Below, one piece after another: positions 10,204 to 19,208 of a stretch of 32,000 nucleotides of DNA. The notes below the pieces were generated by a model, which was not told where the DNA came from, made no database searches, and saw only the letters and a program-made list of their open reading frames with translations. Source of the DNA: Aliivibrio fischeri ES114 (lineage in GTDB: Bacteria; Pseudomonadota; Gammaproteobacteria; Enterobacterales; Vibrionaceae); assembly GCF_000011805.1 (NCBI RefSeq), contig NC_006840.2; one strand, given 5' to 3'. A program made the position numbers and the translations under genes. Within the stretch, counting starts at the first letter, position 1, and each line of letters opens with the position of its first letter.

Positions 10204-10585
10204 AATGTTCTCTTTTATAATGGAATATTATTCTTCTTATACAGCGTAAATTTATACGCTTTGAATGTCGTTACTGCAATGTCGTACATTTTTATGTGAT
10301 TTGCGTAACATTTTAACTCTTTGAAATGTTTGGAAACACTTTAAATTAGTAACATTATCATACTCTGTTTTTGTTTTTACTTGTAGGTTTAAGTTCTTTT
10401 TTGTTTTGGTTTATTGGTTTTTTATTTTAATTTTGTGTTGATATTTAGATTTTAGATGTAATTTTGGTTATTTATCGATATTTAACATTTGTTGTGCGTG
10501 CAACTATTGATTTTTACTAGGAAATCATTTTTTTGAATGATTTGACATGCTATGATCTTTAGTTGGTTTGGTTAGGTATTGAGTT

Positions 10586-11080
10586 ATGAAACAGTGGTAT
10601 TTACTTTATTGCAAACGCGGTGAGCAAGAGAGAGCAAAACTACATTTAGAAAATCAAATGGTAGAGTGCTTTTATCCTGAGATCGTTGTAGAGAAAATTG
10701 TTCGAGGAAAAAGAAAACAAGTAAAAGAACCACTATTTCCATGCTATATGTTTATCTATTTTGATTTTGAGGTAGGTCCATCGTTTACTTCTATTCGCTC
10801 TACTCGTGGAGTTAGTGATTTTATTCGATTTGGTGCTCAGCCAAAGGTTCTGCAAGGTGACTTGATTTACTCATTAAAAGCGCTCGATGAAAATAATAAT
10901 AAAGAGAAATTAGAGTGTTTACCTGAAGCTGGACAAAAAGTAGCGATAAAAGAAGGACCGTATAGCGGTATTGAAGCGATTTATAAAGAAGCTGATGGTG
11001 AAAAACGTTCCATCCTCTTAATAACGTTAATTAATAAAAAAGTAGAAATTAAAATACCTAACTCAGATATCGAATATTGA
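10586..11080 (+). CDS. rfaH: Transcription antiterminator RfaH (NusG paralogue)
   Basis: 164 aa. MKQWYLLYCKRGEQERAKLHLENQ...EPLFPCYMFIYFD...TRGVSDFIRFG is collinear with E. coli RfaH (MQSWYLLYCKRGQLQRAQEHLERQ...). Confidence 0.93.
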   Translation: MKQWYLLYCKRGEQERAKLHLENQMVECFYPEIVVEKIVRGKRKQVKEPLFPCYMFIYFDFEVGPSFTSIRSTRGVSDFIRFGAQPKVLQGDLIYSLKALDENNNKEKLECLPEAGQKVAIKEGPYSGIEAIYKEADGEKRSILLITLINKKVEIKIPNSDIEY

Positions 11081-11085
11081 TGCAT

Positions 11086-11115
11086 AAAAAAAGCGCCTAT
11101 AAGGCGCTTTTTTAT
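11086..11115. terminator. Bidirectional terminator between convergent rfaH and asnB
   Basis: AAAAAAA-AGCGCCT-ATA-AGGCGCT-TTTTTATT. Confidence 0.8.
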
Positions 11116-11138
11116 TACATTAAAATGGTGCTAGTGCA

Positions 11139-12806
11139 TTAATCGTATGCTTCGTTATGAACGGCTTGAACAGCACGACCTGACGGATCTACGCAGTTCT
11201 GGAAAGATTCATCCCATTCAATTGCTTTAGCTGATGAGCAAGCAACTGACGGACCACCAGGAACACATTTCGCTGCATCTTCTAGCGGGAATAACTCTTC
11301 AAAGATTTCTCGATAAACATACGCTTCTTTTGTTGTTGGCGTGTTATACGGGAAGCGGAATTTTGCTGATTCCATTTGTTGGTCTGTTACTTTTGCCTCT
11401 GCGGTTTCTCGTAATGTGTCGATCCAGCTATATCCAACACCATCAGAGAATTGTTCTTTCTGTCTCCATGCGATAGCTTCAGGTAAATAATGTTCAAAAC
11501 ATTCACGTAAGATGTGTTTTTCCATCTTTCCATTACCACACATCTTATCTTGTGGGTTTAAACGCATAGCCACATCAATAAATTCTTTATCTAAGAATGG
11601 AACACGACCTTCAACCCCCCAAGCTGCAAGTGATTTATTCGCACGAGCACAATCAAACATGTTTAAAGCAAGTAGTTTACGAACGGTCTCTTCATGGAAC
11701 TCTTTTTTGTTTGGTGCTTTATGGAAGTAGAGGTAGCCACCAAAGATTTCATCTGCACCTTCACCAGAAAGTACCATCTTGATGCCCATCGCTTTGATTT
11801 TACGACCCATTAAGAACATTGGTGTTGATGCTCGAATAGTGGTTACATCATAGGTTTCAATATGATAAATAACATCACGAATCGCATCCAAACCTTCTTG
11901 AATGGTGTAAGTCATTTCATGGTGAACCGTACCCAGTTTATCTGCAACTTCACGAGCGGCTTTTAGATCTGGTGCGCCTTCTAAGCCAACAGCAAAAGAG
12001 TGCAGTTGAGGCCACCATGCTTCCGACTTTTCATCGTCTTCAATACGCATCGCTGCGAAACGTTTAGCTACGGCAGACGTAATAGATGAATCTAATCCAC
12101 CAGAAAGAAGTACACCATAAGGAACATCTGTCATTAATTGGCGTTTTACAGCATCTTCAAGTGCTTGGGTTAAGTCTTCTTTACTTGTTGGGTTATCTTT
12201 AACTGCATCATAATCCATCCAATCACGTAAATAATAACGTGTTGGTTCTGTATCTTTTGATGAGTAGAAGTGGCCAGGAGGAAACTCACTGATTGATTTA
12301 CATACAGGAACTAATGCTTTCATTTCTGAAGCAACATAATAGTTACCATGTTCATCATAACCGTGATACATAGGGATAATACCAATATGGTCACGACCAA
12401 TTAAATATTCATCTTTTTCTTCATCGTAAAGAATGAAGGCAAAAATACCATTTAAATCTTCGAGTAGATCAGCTCCTTTTTCACGATATAACGCTAAAAT
12501 AACTTCACAATCTGAATCAGTTTGGAATGTGTAATTATCTGCGTATTTTTCGCGAAGCTCTTTGTGGTTATAAATTTCACCATTAACAGCAAGAATGTGC
12601 TTTTTATCTTCGCTATAAAGAGGTTGTGCGCCACTGTTTAAACCAACGATAGCTAAACGTTCATGCGCTAAAATTGCTTTGTCAGATGAATAGATACCTG
12701 ACCAGTCTGGACCTCGATGGCGTAACTTTTTAGACATTTCTAAAGCGGTAGTTCTTAGTGGAGTTGGATCGCTTTTAATATCTAGAATTCCGAAAATTGA
12801 GCACAT
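11139..12806 (-). CDS. asnB: Asparagine synthetase B (glutamine-hydrolysing)
   Basis: 555 aa with an N-terminal nucleophile (MCSIFGILD) and the PP-loop motif SGGLDSS. The length and order match E. coli AsnB. Confidence 0.97.
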   Translation of the reverse strand: MCSIFGILDIKSDPTPLRTTALEMSKKLRHRGPDWSGIYSSDKAILAHERLAIVGLNSGAQPLYSEDKKHILAVNGEIYNHKELREKYADNYTFQTDSDCEVILALYREKGADLLEDLNGIFAFILYDEEKDEYLIGRDHIGIIPMYHGYDEHGNYYVASEMKALVPVCKSISEFPPGHFYSSKDTEPTRYYLRDWMDYDAVKDNPTSKEDLTQALEDAVKRQLMTDVPYGVLLSGGLDSSITSAVAKRFAAMRIEDDEKSEAWWPQLHSFAVGLEGAPDLKAAREVADKLGTVHHEMTYTIQEGLDAIRDVIYHIETYDVTTIRASTPMFLMGRKIKAMGIKMVLSGEGADEIFGGYLYFHKAPNKKEFHEETVRKLLALNMFDCARANKSLAAWGVEGRVPFLDKEFIDVAMRLNPQDKMCGNGKMEKHILRECFEHYLPEAIAWRQKEQFSDGVGYSWIDTLRETAEAKVTDQQMESAKFRFPYNTPTTKEAYVYREIFEELFPLEDAAKCVPGGPSVACSSAKAIEWDESFQNCVDPSGRAVQAVHNEAYD

Positions 12807-13024
12807 AAATAAGTTCCTTCTACTCTTCTTAATTTTTGTCTTAAATTATTGTCCTGAATACAATTTGCCATTACCGCTAAAAAAATCAACCCGGAAATAC
12901 AAATAAATTCACAAATACGACCTATGATTAGATATTTTTTAACAAAATGAAGGTTTACTTATTGAATCGTTACTTAGTGCTGCTTTTTTGAACTGAAAGT
13001 TATAATTACTGAAGATAAAAGAGA

Positions 13025-13062
13025 TAAAAAAAAGAGAGCACAACAAATGATGCTGTGCTCTC
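13025..13062 (-). terminator. Rho-independent terminator after the CPA2 antiporter gene
   Basis: On the minus strand: GAGAGCACA-GCATCATTTGT-TGTGCTCTC followed by TTTTTTTT. Confidence 0.8.
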
Positions 13063-13095
13063 TTCATTATTTGAATGAAATAAATTAACGATAAA

Positions 13096-14700
13096 TTAAT
13101 GCGTTATGTAATCTTTATGATGATTAAATTGTGGATCTAACTGTTCACTTACATGGCGGGCAAAACCACTGCCTGCTTCGTGATAAATATTAAATGCAGC
13201 ATCAACACCTTGTTCAATTAATCCATCAATTTGGTCATTGTATGCTGCGATTGCAGCGGTTTGTCCTTGATAGTTTCTAGTTTGTAGTTGCTCAAGTGCA
13301 AATTGATTACCTTGGTGATTTGGCATTGCTAATAAAACTAACTTTACATGCGAAGTTGAAAGTATTCGTTCCCAAAAATCAGGGTCGGTTGCATCACCAG
13401 AAATCACATTTCTTCCTAGTTCTTGGTGCTGTTTTGCTGATTCTTCACGCAATTCTATACCTAAAATAATGTCACCATATTTTTCTTTTAGTTCATCATA
13501 GGCGCCACTACCAATGCGACCCATACCTAAAATTAGAATTTGAGCGCGTCCGGGATTAATTAACTTATCCATCGGATTTAATCGTTCAGCAGTATGTTCT
13601 TTTAGCCAATGACGAGAACGTTGGTAAATGGTATGTCCAAAATTATTTAATGGTGCAGAGATAATGAACGAGATGGAGACGGCAATAGCAATGGCAACCA
13701 AGGTATCTGCTGGTAACCATCCCATTTTAAAGGCAAGACCGCCAACAATAAGCCCAAATTCGCTGTAATTAAATAGGGTTAGAGAGGCAAGTAATGAGGT
13801 TCGCACTCGGAACTTGAATTTATTAATAATAATGAAGTATAAGAAGCCTTTAACTGGTAACAGTAAAATAAGGATCAGAGCGAGTCCAAGACCTGAAATC
13901 GTTGGTGCGGCAGACAAGCCTATATTTAAAAAGAAGCAAATGAGTAGAACTTCTTTTAAATTAAAAAGTGATTTAGATAATTCTGAGGCTTTTGCATGTC
14001 CAGCTAATAGCATTCCTAAGATAAGTGCACCTAGATCCGGTTTCATACCTACTAATTCAAAAGTACCAGCCCCAGCAACTAATGCTAAGAAAATACCGTA
14101 AAGGACCAGCATTTCACCGTGCCCAGCCCAATCGAGTAGTTTAAAAAACAATGGTCTAAACAAAGGTAATGCAAAAAGAGCGAGCGCGGTAATTTCTGGA
14201 ATTTTCCCCGTTGATGCAGTTAAAAATACAACCGCAAAGATATCTTGCATAACAAGAATACCAATGGCTAAGGTACCGTAGGTTGCATTCATTTCACCTT
14301 TTTCTTGTAATGCTTTTACTGCGAATACTGTACTTGAGAAAGAGAGTGCAAAACCAAAGAGTACCAGTTGAGCTGTCTCTATGTTGGCAAGCATATTGAT
14401 GCCAAGAAGTTTAAGCCCTAATAATGCAAAGGTAAAAAACAGAGTTGAAAAGACATTATGAAGTGTAGCGCCTAACCAAATTTCTTTAGCAAGTAATGTT
14501 TTAATATCTAATTTTAAGCCAATGGAGAAAAGTAATAGGGTGACACCGAGATCGGCAAATGTCTCAAGAGCGTCATTAGATTGAAAACCAAGGGCGTGTA
14601 AACCAAATCCAGCTAATAAAAAACCGACAAGAGGCGGTAGGTTAATTTTTAAAGCAATAAATCCCATTACAAACGCTGCAATGATAAAAAGTAACTCCAT
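13096..14700 (-). CDS. Monovalent cation:proton antiporter (CPA2, Kef-type) with C-terminal RCK/TrkA-N domain
   Basis: The protein is polytopic and has a Na+/H+-exchanger-like membrane domain, followed by a Rossmann motif (ILILGMGRIGSG). The likely start is the ATG at 14700 (MELLFIIAAF...). The track ORF begins at a TTG at 14748, which adds 16 unlikely residues. Confidence 0.85.
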   Translation of the reverse strand: MELLFIIAAFVMGFIALKINLPPLVGFLLAGFGLHALGFQSNDALETFADLGVTLLLFSIGLKLDIKTLLAKEIWLGATLHNVFSTLFFTFALLGLKLLGINMLANIETAQLVLFGFALSFSSTVFAVKALQEKGEMNATYGTLAIGILVMQDIFAVVFLTASTGKIPEITALALFALPLFRPLFFKLLDWAGHGEMLVLYGIFLALVAGAGTFELVGMKPDLGALILGMLLAGHAKASELSKSLFNLKEVLLICFFLNIGLSAAPTISGLGLALILILLLPVKGFLYFIIINKFKFRVRTSLLASLTLFNYSEFGLIVGGLAFKMGWLPADTLVAIAIAVSISFIISAPLNNFGHTIYQRSRHWLKEHTAERLNPMDKLINPGRAQILILGMGRIGSGAYDELKEKYGDIILGIELREESAKQHQELGRNVISGDATDPDFWERILSTSHVKLVLLAMPNHQGNQFALEQLQTRNYQGQTAAIAAYNDQIDGLIEQGVDAAFNIYHEAGSGFARHVSEQLDPQFNHHKDYITH

Positions 14701-14784
14701 ATACTCATGTTCCTGATGGTAATCGAAAAAAAGGGCTGCTAATAGCAACCCTTAGAATAATAACACGTGAATAGAGACTCGTGA

Positions 14785-15999
14785 TTATTCATCGAGTAAT
14801 TTTTGTAACAAGACCCCATTAAGCATCGCACGTTTTACCATAGAGAATGCCCCGATCGTTGGTTGGTCGTATAACTCAGAAGCAACAATTGGTAGATCTT
14901 TATGGAAAGTAGTTAATGATTGATTCTTAATACAGTTACGAATTGCAGCAAATAAGATCTTATCTGCATGGGTAATTGCACCTGCGATAACGATCTTTTG
15001 AGGATTAAATAAGTTTATTGTCATCGCAATAGCCTTACCTAATTGATTACCTACACGCAATATTGTTTGAGTCGCTAGCTCATCGCCATGATTTGCAGCA
15101 TGACAAATATCTGTCATGGTGATTTTTGGTAGTTGAGAAAGACTTGATGGATAGCCTTGTTTTAATAAGGACTCAACACGTGCAATGATTGCTGGGTCAG
15201 CAGCAACGGTTTCTAGGCAACCAAAATTACCGCATTGGCATTTATCACCAATAGGGTCAATTTGGATATGACCAATTTCACCTACATTGCGGTTATGACC
15301 TAAAAATACTTTGCCATTAACAATAATACCTGCACCAGTACCACGGTGAACACTGACTAAGATCGAATCATAACAATCTTGTGAAGCACCAAAGTAATGT
15401 TCAGCAAGTGCAAGGCCACGAACATCGTTACCTACAAAACATTCAGTATTAAAATTATCTTTGATGAAATCCGCTAGAAGTAGCTTGTTTACATCGGTAT
15501 TTGGCATGTATTCAACCACACCCGTTTCAGGGTTAACTAAACCAGGAAGAGTAATGCCGATAGCAATTAATTGCTTAATTGTATCTTGGTTTTTTGAAAT
15601 AAAGCCTTCCAATAGTAATTTCAGCCCATCTAGTAGATGTTCTTGATTGCTATAATGGAATTCTTGGTATTCGCTAGCCAGCTCTTTAGTCGAAAGATCA
15701 AACAAACTCAGTTGAATGTAATCTCGTCCTAGACGTACTGCTATAGAGTGGAAAGGGGAGGTTTCAGTGGTCAAGGAGATAGCTCTTCGACCACCAGTAG
15801 ATGCTTGTTGCGCGACTTCTTTTATTAAGCCGCGCTCTAATAGTTGACGGGTGATTTTGGTAACACTTGCAGGAGCCAGCTGGCTTACATCTGCAATTTG
15901 AATTCGAGAAATCGGACCTTTTTGGTCGATTAAACGATAAACAGCCGCACTGTTTAATTGTTTTACTAGATCTACATTACCAATTTGTCCGCCAGTCAT
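14785..15999 (-). CDS. nagC: N-acetylglucosamine repressor NagC (ROK family)
   Basis: 404 aa. GQIGNVDLVKQLNSAAVYRLIDQKGPISRIQIA...ASTGGRRAISL is collinear with E. coli NagC. The start lies 1 nt after the nagA stop. Confidence 0.96.
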   Translation of the reverse strand: MTGGQIGNVDLVKQLNSAAVYRLIDQKGPISRIQIADVSQLAPASVTKITRQLLERGLIKEVAQQASTGGRRAISLTTETSPFHSIAVRLGRDYIQLSLFDLSTKELASEYQEFHYSNQEHLLDGLKLLLEGFISKNQDTIKQLIAIGITLPGLVNPETGVVEYMPNTDVNKLLLADFIKDNFNTECFVGNDVRGLALAEHYFGASQDCYDSILVSVHRGTGAGIIVNGKVFLGHNRNVGEIGHIQIDPIGDKCQCGNFGCLETVAADPAIIARVESLLKQGYPSSLSQLPKITMTDICHAANHGDELATQTILRVGNQLGKAIAMTINLFNPQKIVIAGAITHADKILFAAIRNCIKNQSLTTFHKDLPIVASELYDQPTIGAFSMVKRAMLNGVLLQKLLDE

Positions 16000-16000
16000 A

Positions 16001-17137
16001 TTAACTTTGCTCGTATTGTCCGTTCACAACAGTCGCTTTTACATTGAAGTCACGATCAAAAATAGCAAGGTTAGCAACCATGTTCTTTTTAATGCGGCCA
16101 AGTTTATTATCTAAGCCCATAGCTTGAGCTGGATATAAAGTCGCCATGCGTAGTGCTTCGTCTAAAGCGATTCCAACGTGCTCAACTGTATTCTGAACTG
16201 CTTCAATCATAGTCAGAGCTGAGCCACCTAATGTGCCATTTTCATCAACACATTTGCCATCCTTGTAATATACTTTCTTACCCACAAAAATAAAGTATTC
16301 CATGTCAGCACCTGCAGGAGCTGTGGCATCGGTCACTAATACTAGTTTTTCTTTCTTTATTTTGTGTGCAATACGGATGTTTGCATAGTCAACATGGAAA
16401 CCATCAGCAATGATGCCAGCATAAACGTCTGGAGTATCATAAATTGCACCCACAACACCAGGTTCACGACCAACCATAGGCGTCATTGCATTAAACAAGT
16501 GAGTTGCGAAAGTGATACCTGACTCAAATCCTTGACGAGCTTCAGCATAAGTTGCGTTTGTGTGGCCAATAGATACCACGATACCTGCTTTATGAAGGCG
16601 CTCGATATGCTCAGGATCATTTTGCTCTGGCGCTAGCGTTACTTTTGCGATTAGGTCTGCGTTATCGCACATAAGTTGGATCATGTCTGAATCTGACGTA
16701 CGGATATGATCAACGCTGTGAATGCCTTTTTTCATTACGTTTAGGTATGGACCTTCTAGGTGCAAACCTAAAGATTGGTTTTGATATTTGCTGTGGTATT
16801 CACGAGCTGCTTCGATTGCCGCACGCATATCTTCATCAGAAGAAGTAATCAATGTTGGTAAGAAGCTAGTACAGCCAGATTTTAGGTTTGCTTCATGCAT
16901 AATTTGCATGGTTTCTGCTGTAATTTCATCATTAAGCATTACGCCGCCACAACCATTAAGCTGAAGATCGATAAAGCCTGGGCTTAGAATCGCTCCATCT
17001 AAGTCTTTTAGCTCAATACCAGCTGGTAGTTCTGATGTTGGGCAAACAGCTTCAATCTCTGTTCCATTAATGATTACTGAATGATCAGTAAGAACATCGT
17101 TACCTGTATAAACTTTACAGTTAGTTAGCGCATACAT
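16001..17137 (-). CDS. nagA: N-acetylglucosamine-6-phosphate deacetylase
   Basis: 378 aa. [12 protein letters not shown]...[19 protein letters not shown] is collinear with E. coli NagA. Confidence 0.96.
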   Translation of the reverse strand: MYALTNCKVYTGNDVLTDHSVIINGTEIEAVCPTSELPAGIELKDLDGAILSPGFIDLQLNGCGGVMLNDEITAETMQIMHEANLKSGCTSFLPTLITSSDEDMRAAIEAAREYHSKYQNQSLGLHLEGPYLNVMKKGIHSVDHIRTSDSDMIQLMCDNADLIAKVTLAPEQNDPEHIERLHKAGIVVSIGHTNATYAEARQGFESGITFATHLFNAMTPMVGREPGVVGAIYDTPDVYAGIIADGFHVDYANIRIAHKIKKEKLVLVTDATAPAGADMEYFIFVGKKVYYKDGKCVDENGTLGGSALTMIEAVQNTVEHVGIALDEALRMATLYPAQAMGLDNKLGRIKKNMVANLAIFDRDFNVKATVVNGQYEQS

Positions 17138-17315
17138 AGCTTGAATCCTTTGGTTATAATTTAGAGTACGAAAAAAAATAAACTTTTTTCGTTGAAATTT
17201 TTAAGCAGGTGAAAATAGAACTGCTTACTGAGCGGTACACTCAGAATACCTAAATGTTACGTTCAGTAATGACAAAATTTGGTCATAATATGCACCAAAT
17301 TTTATTCCTGATGTT

Positions 17316-17339
17316 TTATTCTTTCGAATGATAAAATAA
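17316..17339. promoter_or_regulatory. Candidate NagC operator (nagA-proximal)
   Basis: Imperfect palindrome TTATTcTtTCgaatGaTaAAATAA. Its reverse complement, CTTATTTTATCATTCGAAAGAAT, resembles an E. coli nag operator as I remember it. This is not verifiable here. Confidence 0.5.
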
Positions 17340-17384
17340 GTTTTATGATCTCGCTAGCAAAATACCCTAAATATTCCTTCCGCA

Positions 17385-17400
17385 GGTGATAATGATCACA
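17385..17400. promoter_or_regulatory. Candidate CRP-cAMP binding site
   Basis: GGTGA-TAATGA-TCACA compared with the consensus TGTGA-N6-TCACA (9 of 10 core positions). It lies between the two NagC-like operators. Confidence 0.6.
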
Positions 17401-17411
17401 ATACGTTAGCT

Positions 17412-17433
17412 TTTAATTTGCGGGGCGAAATTA
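17412..17433. promoter_or_regulatory. Candidate NagC operator (nagE-proximal)
   Basis: TTAATTT-GCGGGGCG-AAATTAA has perfect 7-bp inverted arms. It resembles the E. coli TTTAATTTGCGATACGAATTAAA-type operator as I remember it. It overlaps a plausible nagE -35/-10 region (TACACT at 17439-17444). Confidence 0.55.
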
Positions 17434-17539
17434 ATCCCTTACACTGACCCTGTTTATAACGAGTAACGAAATAAGTTTTGTGAAGAACAGGTTAAGTTAT
17501 TCAAAAAAAATCTAAAATCCTTATAGGGGGAATCTAAAG

Positions 17540-19033
17540 GTGAATATTTTAGGATATTTTCAAAAAGTAGGTAAGGCACTGATGGTACCAGTTGCTACAT
17601 TACCTGCAGCAGCAATTTTAATGGGTATTGGTTACTGGATTGACCCGGTAGCTTGGGGTGGCAACAGTGCACTTGCAGCGTTTTTAATCAAAGCTGGTGC
17701 GGCTATCATCGACAACATGTCAGTACTGTTCGCAGTAGGTGTTGCTTATGGTATGTCTAAAGATAAAGATGGTGCAGCTGCACTTTCTGGTTTTGTTGGT
17801 TTCCTAGTTGTTACTACTCTTCTTTCACCAGGAGCAGTTGCTCAAATTCAGGGTATTGATCCTGCTGCAGTTCCAGCTGCATTTGGTAAAATCAATAACC
17901 AATTTGTTGGTATCCTAGTTGGTATCGTATCTGCTGAAATCTACAACCGTTTCTCTTCTGTAGAACTGCATAAAGCACTTGCATTCTTCTCAGGTAAGCG
18001 TCTTGTACCTATCCTAACTTCTTTCGCAGGTATCTTAATTGCGTTTGTACTTATGTACATCTGGCCTGCAATTTACGGTGGCCTAGTACACTTTGGTGAA
18101 TCAATCCAAGGTATGGGTTCTGTTGGTGCTGGTATCTACGCATTCTTCAACCGTCTACTTATCCCTGTTGGTCTTCACCACGCACTTAACTCTGTGTTCT
18201 GGTTTGACGTAGCGGGTATTAACGATATTCCTAACTTCCTAGGTGGCGCTAAGTCTATCGCTGAAGGTACTGCAACTGTAGGTGTTACAGGTATGTACCA
18301 AGCTGGTTTCTTCCCAATCATGATGTTTGGTCTACCAGGTGCAGCACTAGCTATCTACCACACTGCTAAAGTTGAGAACAAAGAAAAAGTTGCATCTATC
18401 ATGATTGCTGCTGGTTTCGCATCATTCTTCACTGGTGTAACAGAACCTCTAGAATTCTCATTCATGTTCCTTGCTCCTGCACTATACGTAGTTCACGCAG
18501 CATTAACAGGTATCTCTGTATTCATCGCAGCATCTATGCAATGGATTGCAGGTTTCGGTTTCTCAGCTGGTCTTGTAGATATGGTACTTTCTACTCGTAA
18601 CCCTCTAGCTGTTAACTGGTACATGCTAATTATCCAAGGTATCGTATTCTTCGCAATCTACTACTTCGTATTCCGCGCTGTAATCGTTAAGTTCAACCTT
18701 AAGACTCCAGGCCGTGAAGACGACGAAGACGAAGAAGGTTCAACAGTTGGTGGTTCTAAAGAAACTGGTGAGCTAGCTAAACAATACCTTAAAGCTCTAG
18801 GTGGTCACGAAAACCTAGAAAACATCGATGCTTGTATCACTCGTCTACGTCTAACTCTTAAAGACACTAGCGTAATCAGCGAGAAGCAACTTAAAGCTCT
18901 AGGTGCAATGGGTGTGGTTAAACTTGGTTCAAACAACGTTCAAGTTATCCTTGGTCCTCTTGCTGAAATCGTAGCTGGCGAAATGAAAAAAATCCCAGCT
19001 TCTGAAGACCTAACAGCAGTTGCACTACCATAA
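17540..19033 (+). CDS. nagE: PTS N-acetylglucosamine-specific transporter, IICB components (no IIA domain)
   Basis: GTG start. (M)NILGYFQKVGKALMVPVATLP matches the E. coli NagE N-terminus, and the IIB cysteine motif IDACITRLRL is present. The protein ends after IIB at 497 aa, whereas I recall E. coli NagE being about 150 aa longer with a IIA domain. It is divergent from nagAC. Codon usage is very strongly optimised. Confidence 0.92.
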   Translation: MNILGYFQKVGKALMVPVATLPAAAILMGIGYWIDPVAWGGNSALAAFLIKAGAAIIDNMSVLFAVGVAYGMSKDKDGAAALSGFVGFLVVTTLLSPGAVAQIQGIDPAAVPAAFGKINNQFVGILVGIVSAEIYNRFSSVELHKALAFFSGKRLVPILTSFAGILIAFVLMYIWPAIYGGLVHFGESIQGMGSVGAGIYAFFNRLLIPVGLHHALNSVFWFDVAGINDIPNFLGGAKSIAEGTATVGVTGMYQAGFFPIMMFGLPGAALAIYHTAKVENKEKVASIMIAAGFASFFTGVTEPLEFSFMFLAPALYVVHAALTGISVFIAASMQWIAGFGFSAGLVDMVLSTRNPLAVNWYMLIIQGIVFFAIYYFVFRAVIVKFNLKTPGREDDEDEEGSTVGGSKETGELAKQYLKALGGHENLENIDACITRLRLTLKDTSVISEKQLKALGAMGVVKLGSNNVQVILGPLAEIVAGEMKKIPASEDLTAVALP

Positions 19034-19060
19034 TTATTGAGTAATTAACTCAAAATCAAC

Positions 19061-19090
19061 AAGCCGCTCTCTTTAGAGCGGCTTTTTTTA
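19061..19090 (+). terminator. Rho-independent terminator after nagE
   Basis: AAGCCGCTCT-CTTT-AGAGCGGCTT forms a 10-bp perfect stem followed by TTTTTT. Confidence 0.88.
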
Positions 19091-19208
19091 TATAAATAAC
19101 CAAACTATTTGATTCTATATATTGAGTATCTGCCCATAATTGTGGATCATAGGGAGATATGAACAATCTGTTCTTTCTGACAATACTAATACCAATGAGG
19201 TGCTTTAG

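Noticed and set aside
11234-11782. Three 61-80-aa plus-strand ORFs inside asnB
   Set aside because: All are antisense to the well-supported asnB frame and have no independent signals.
17168-17192. ACGAAAAAA-N7-TTTTTTCGT palindrome considered as a third NagC operator
   Set aside because: Its arm arrangement (CG on the outside, homopolymer A/T on the inside) does not resemble the TTATTT/AAATAA-armed NagC sites. It is more likely a leader-RNA hairpin or chance A/T symmetry. I mention it only under the nag control-region finding.
19141-19149. DnaA-box-like sequence TGTGGATCA (reverse complement TGATCCACA) upstream of glnS
   Set aside because: It is a single 8-of-9 match with no clustering, which is expected by chance in 32 kb.
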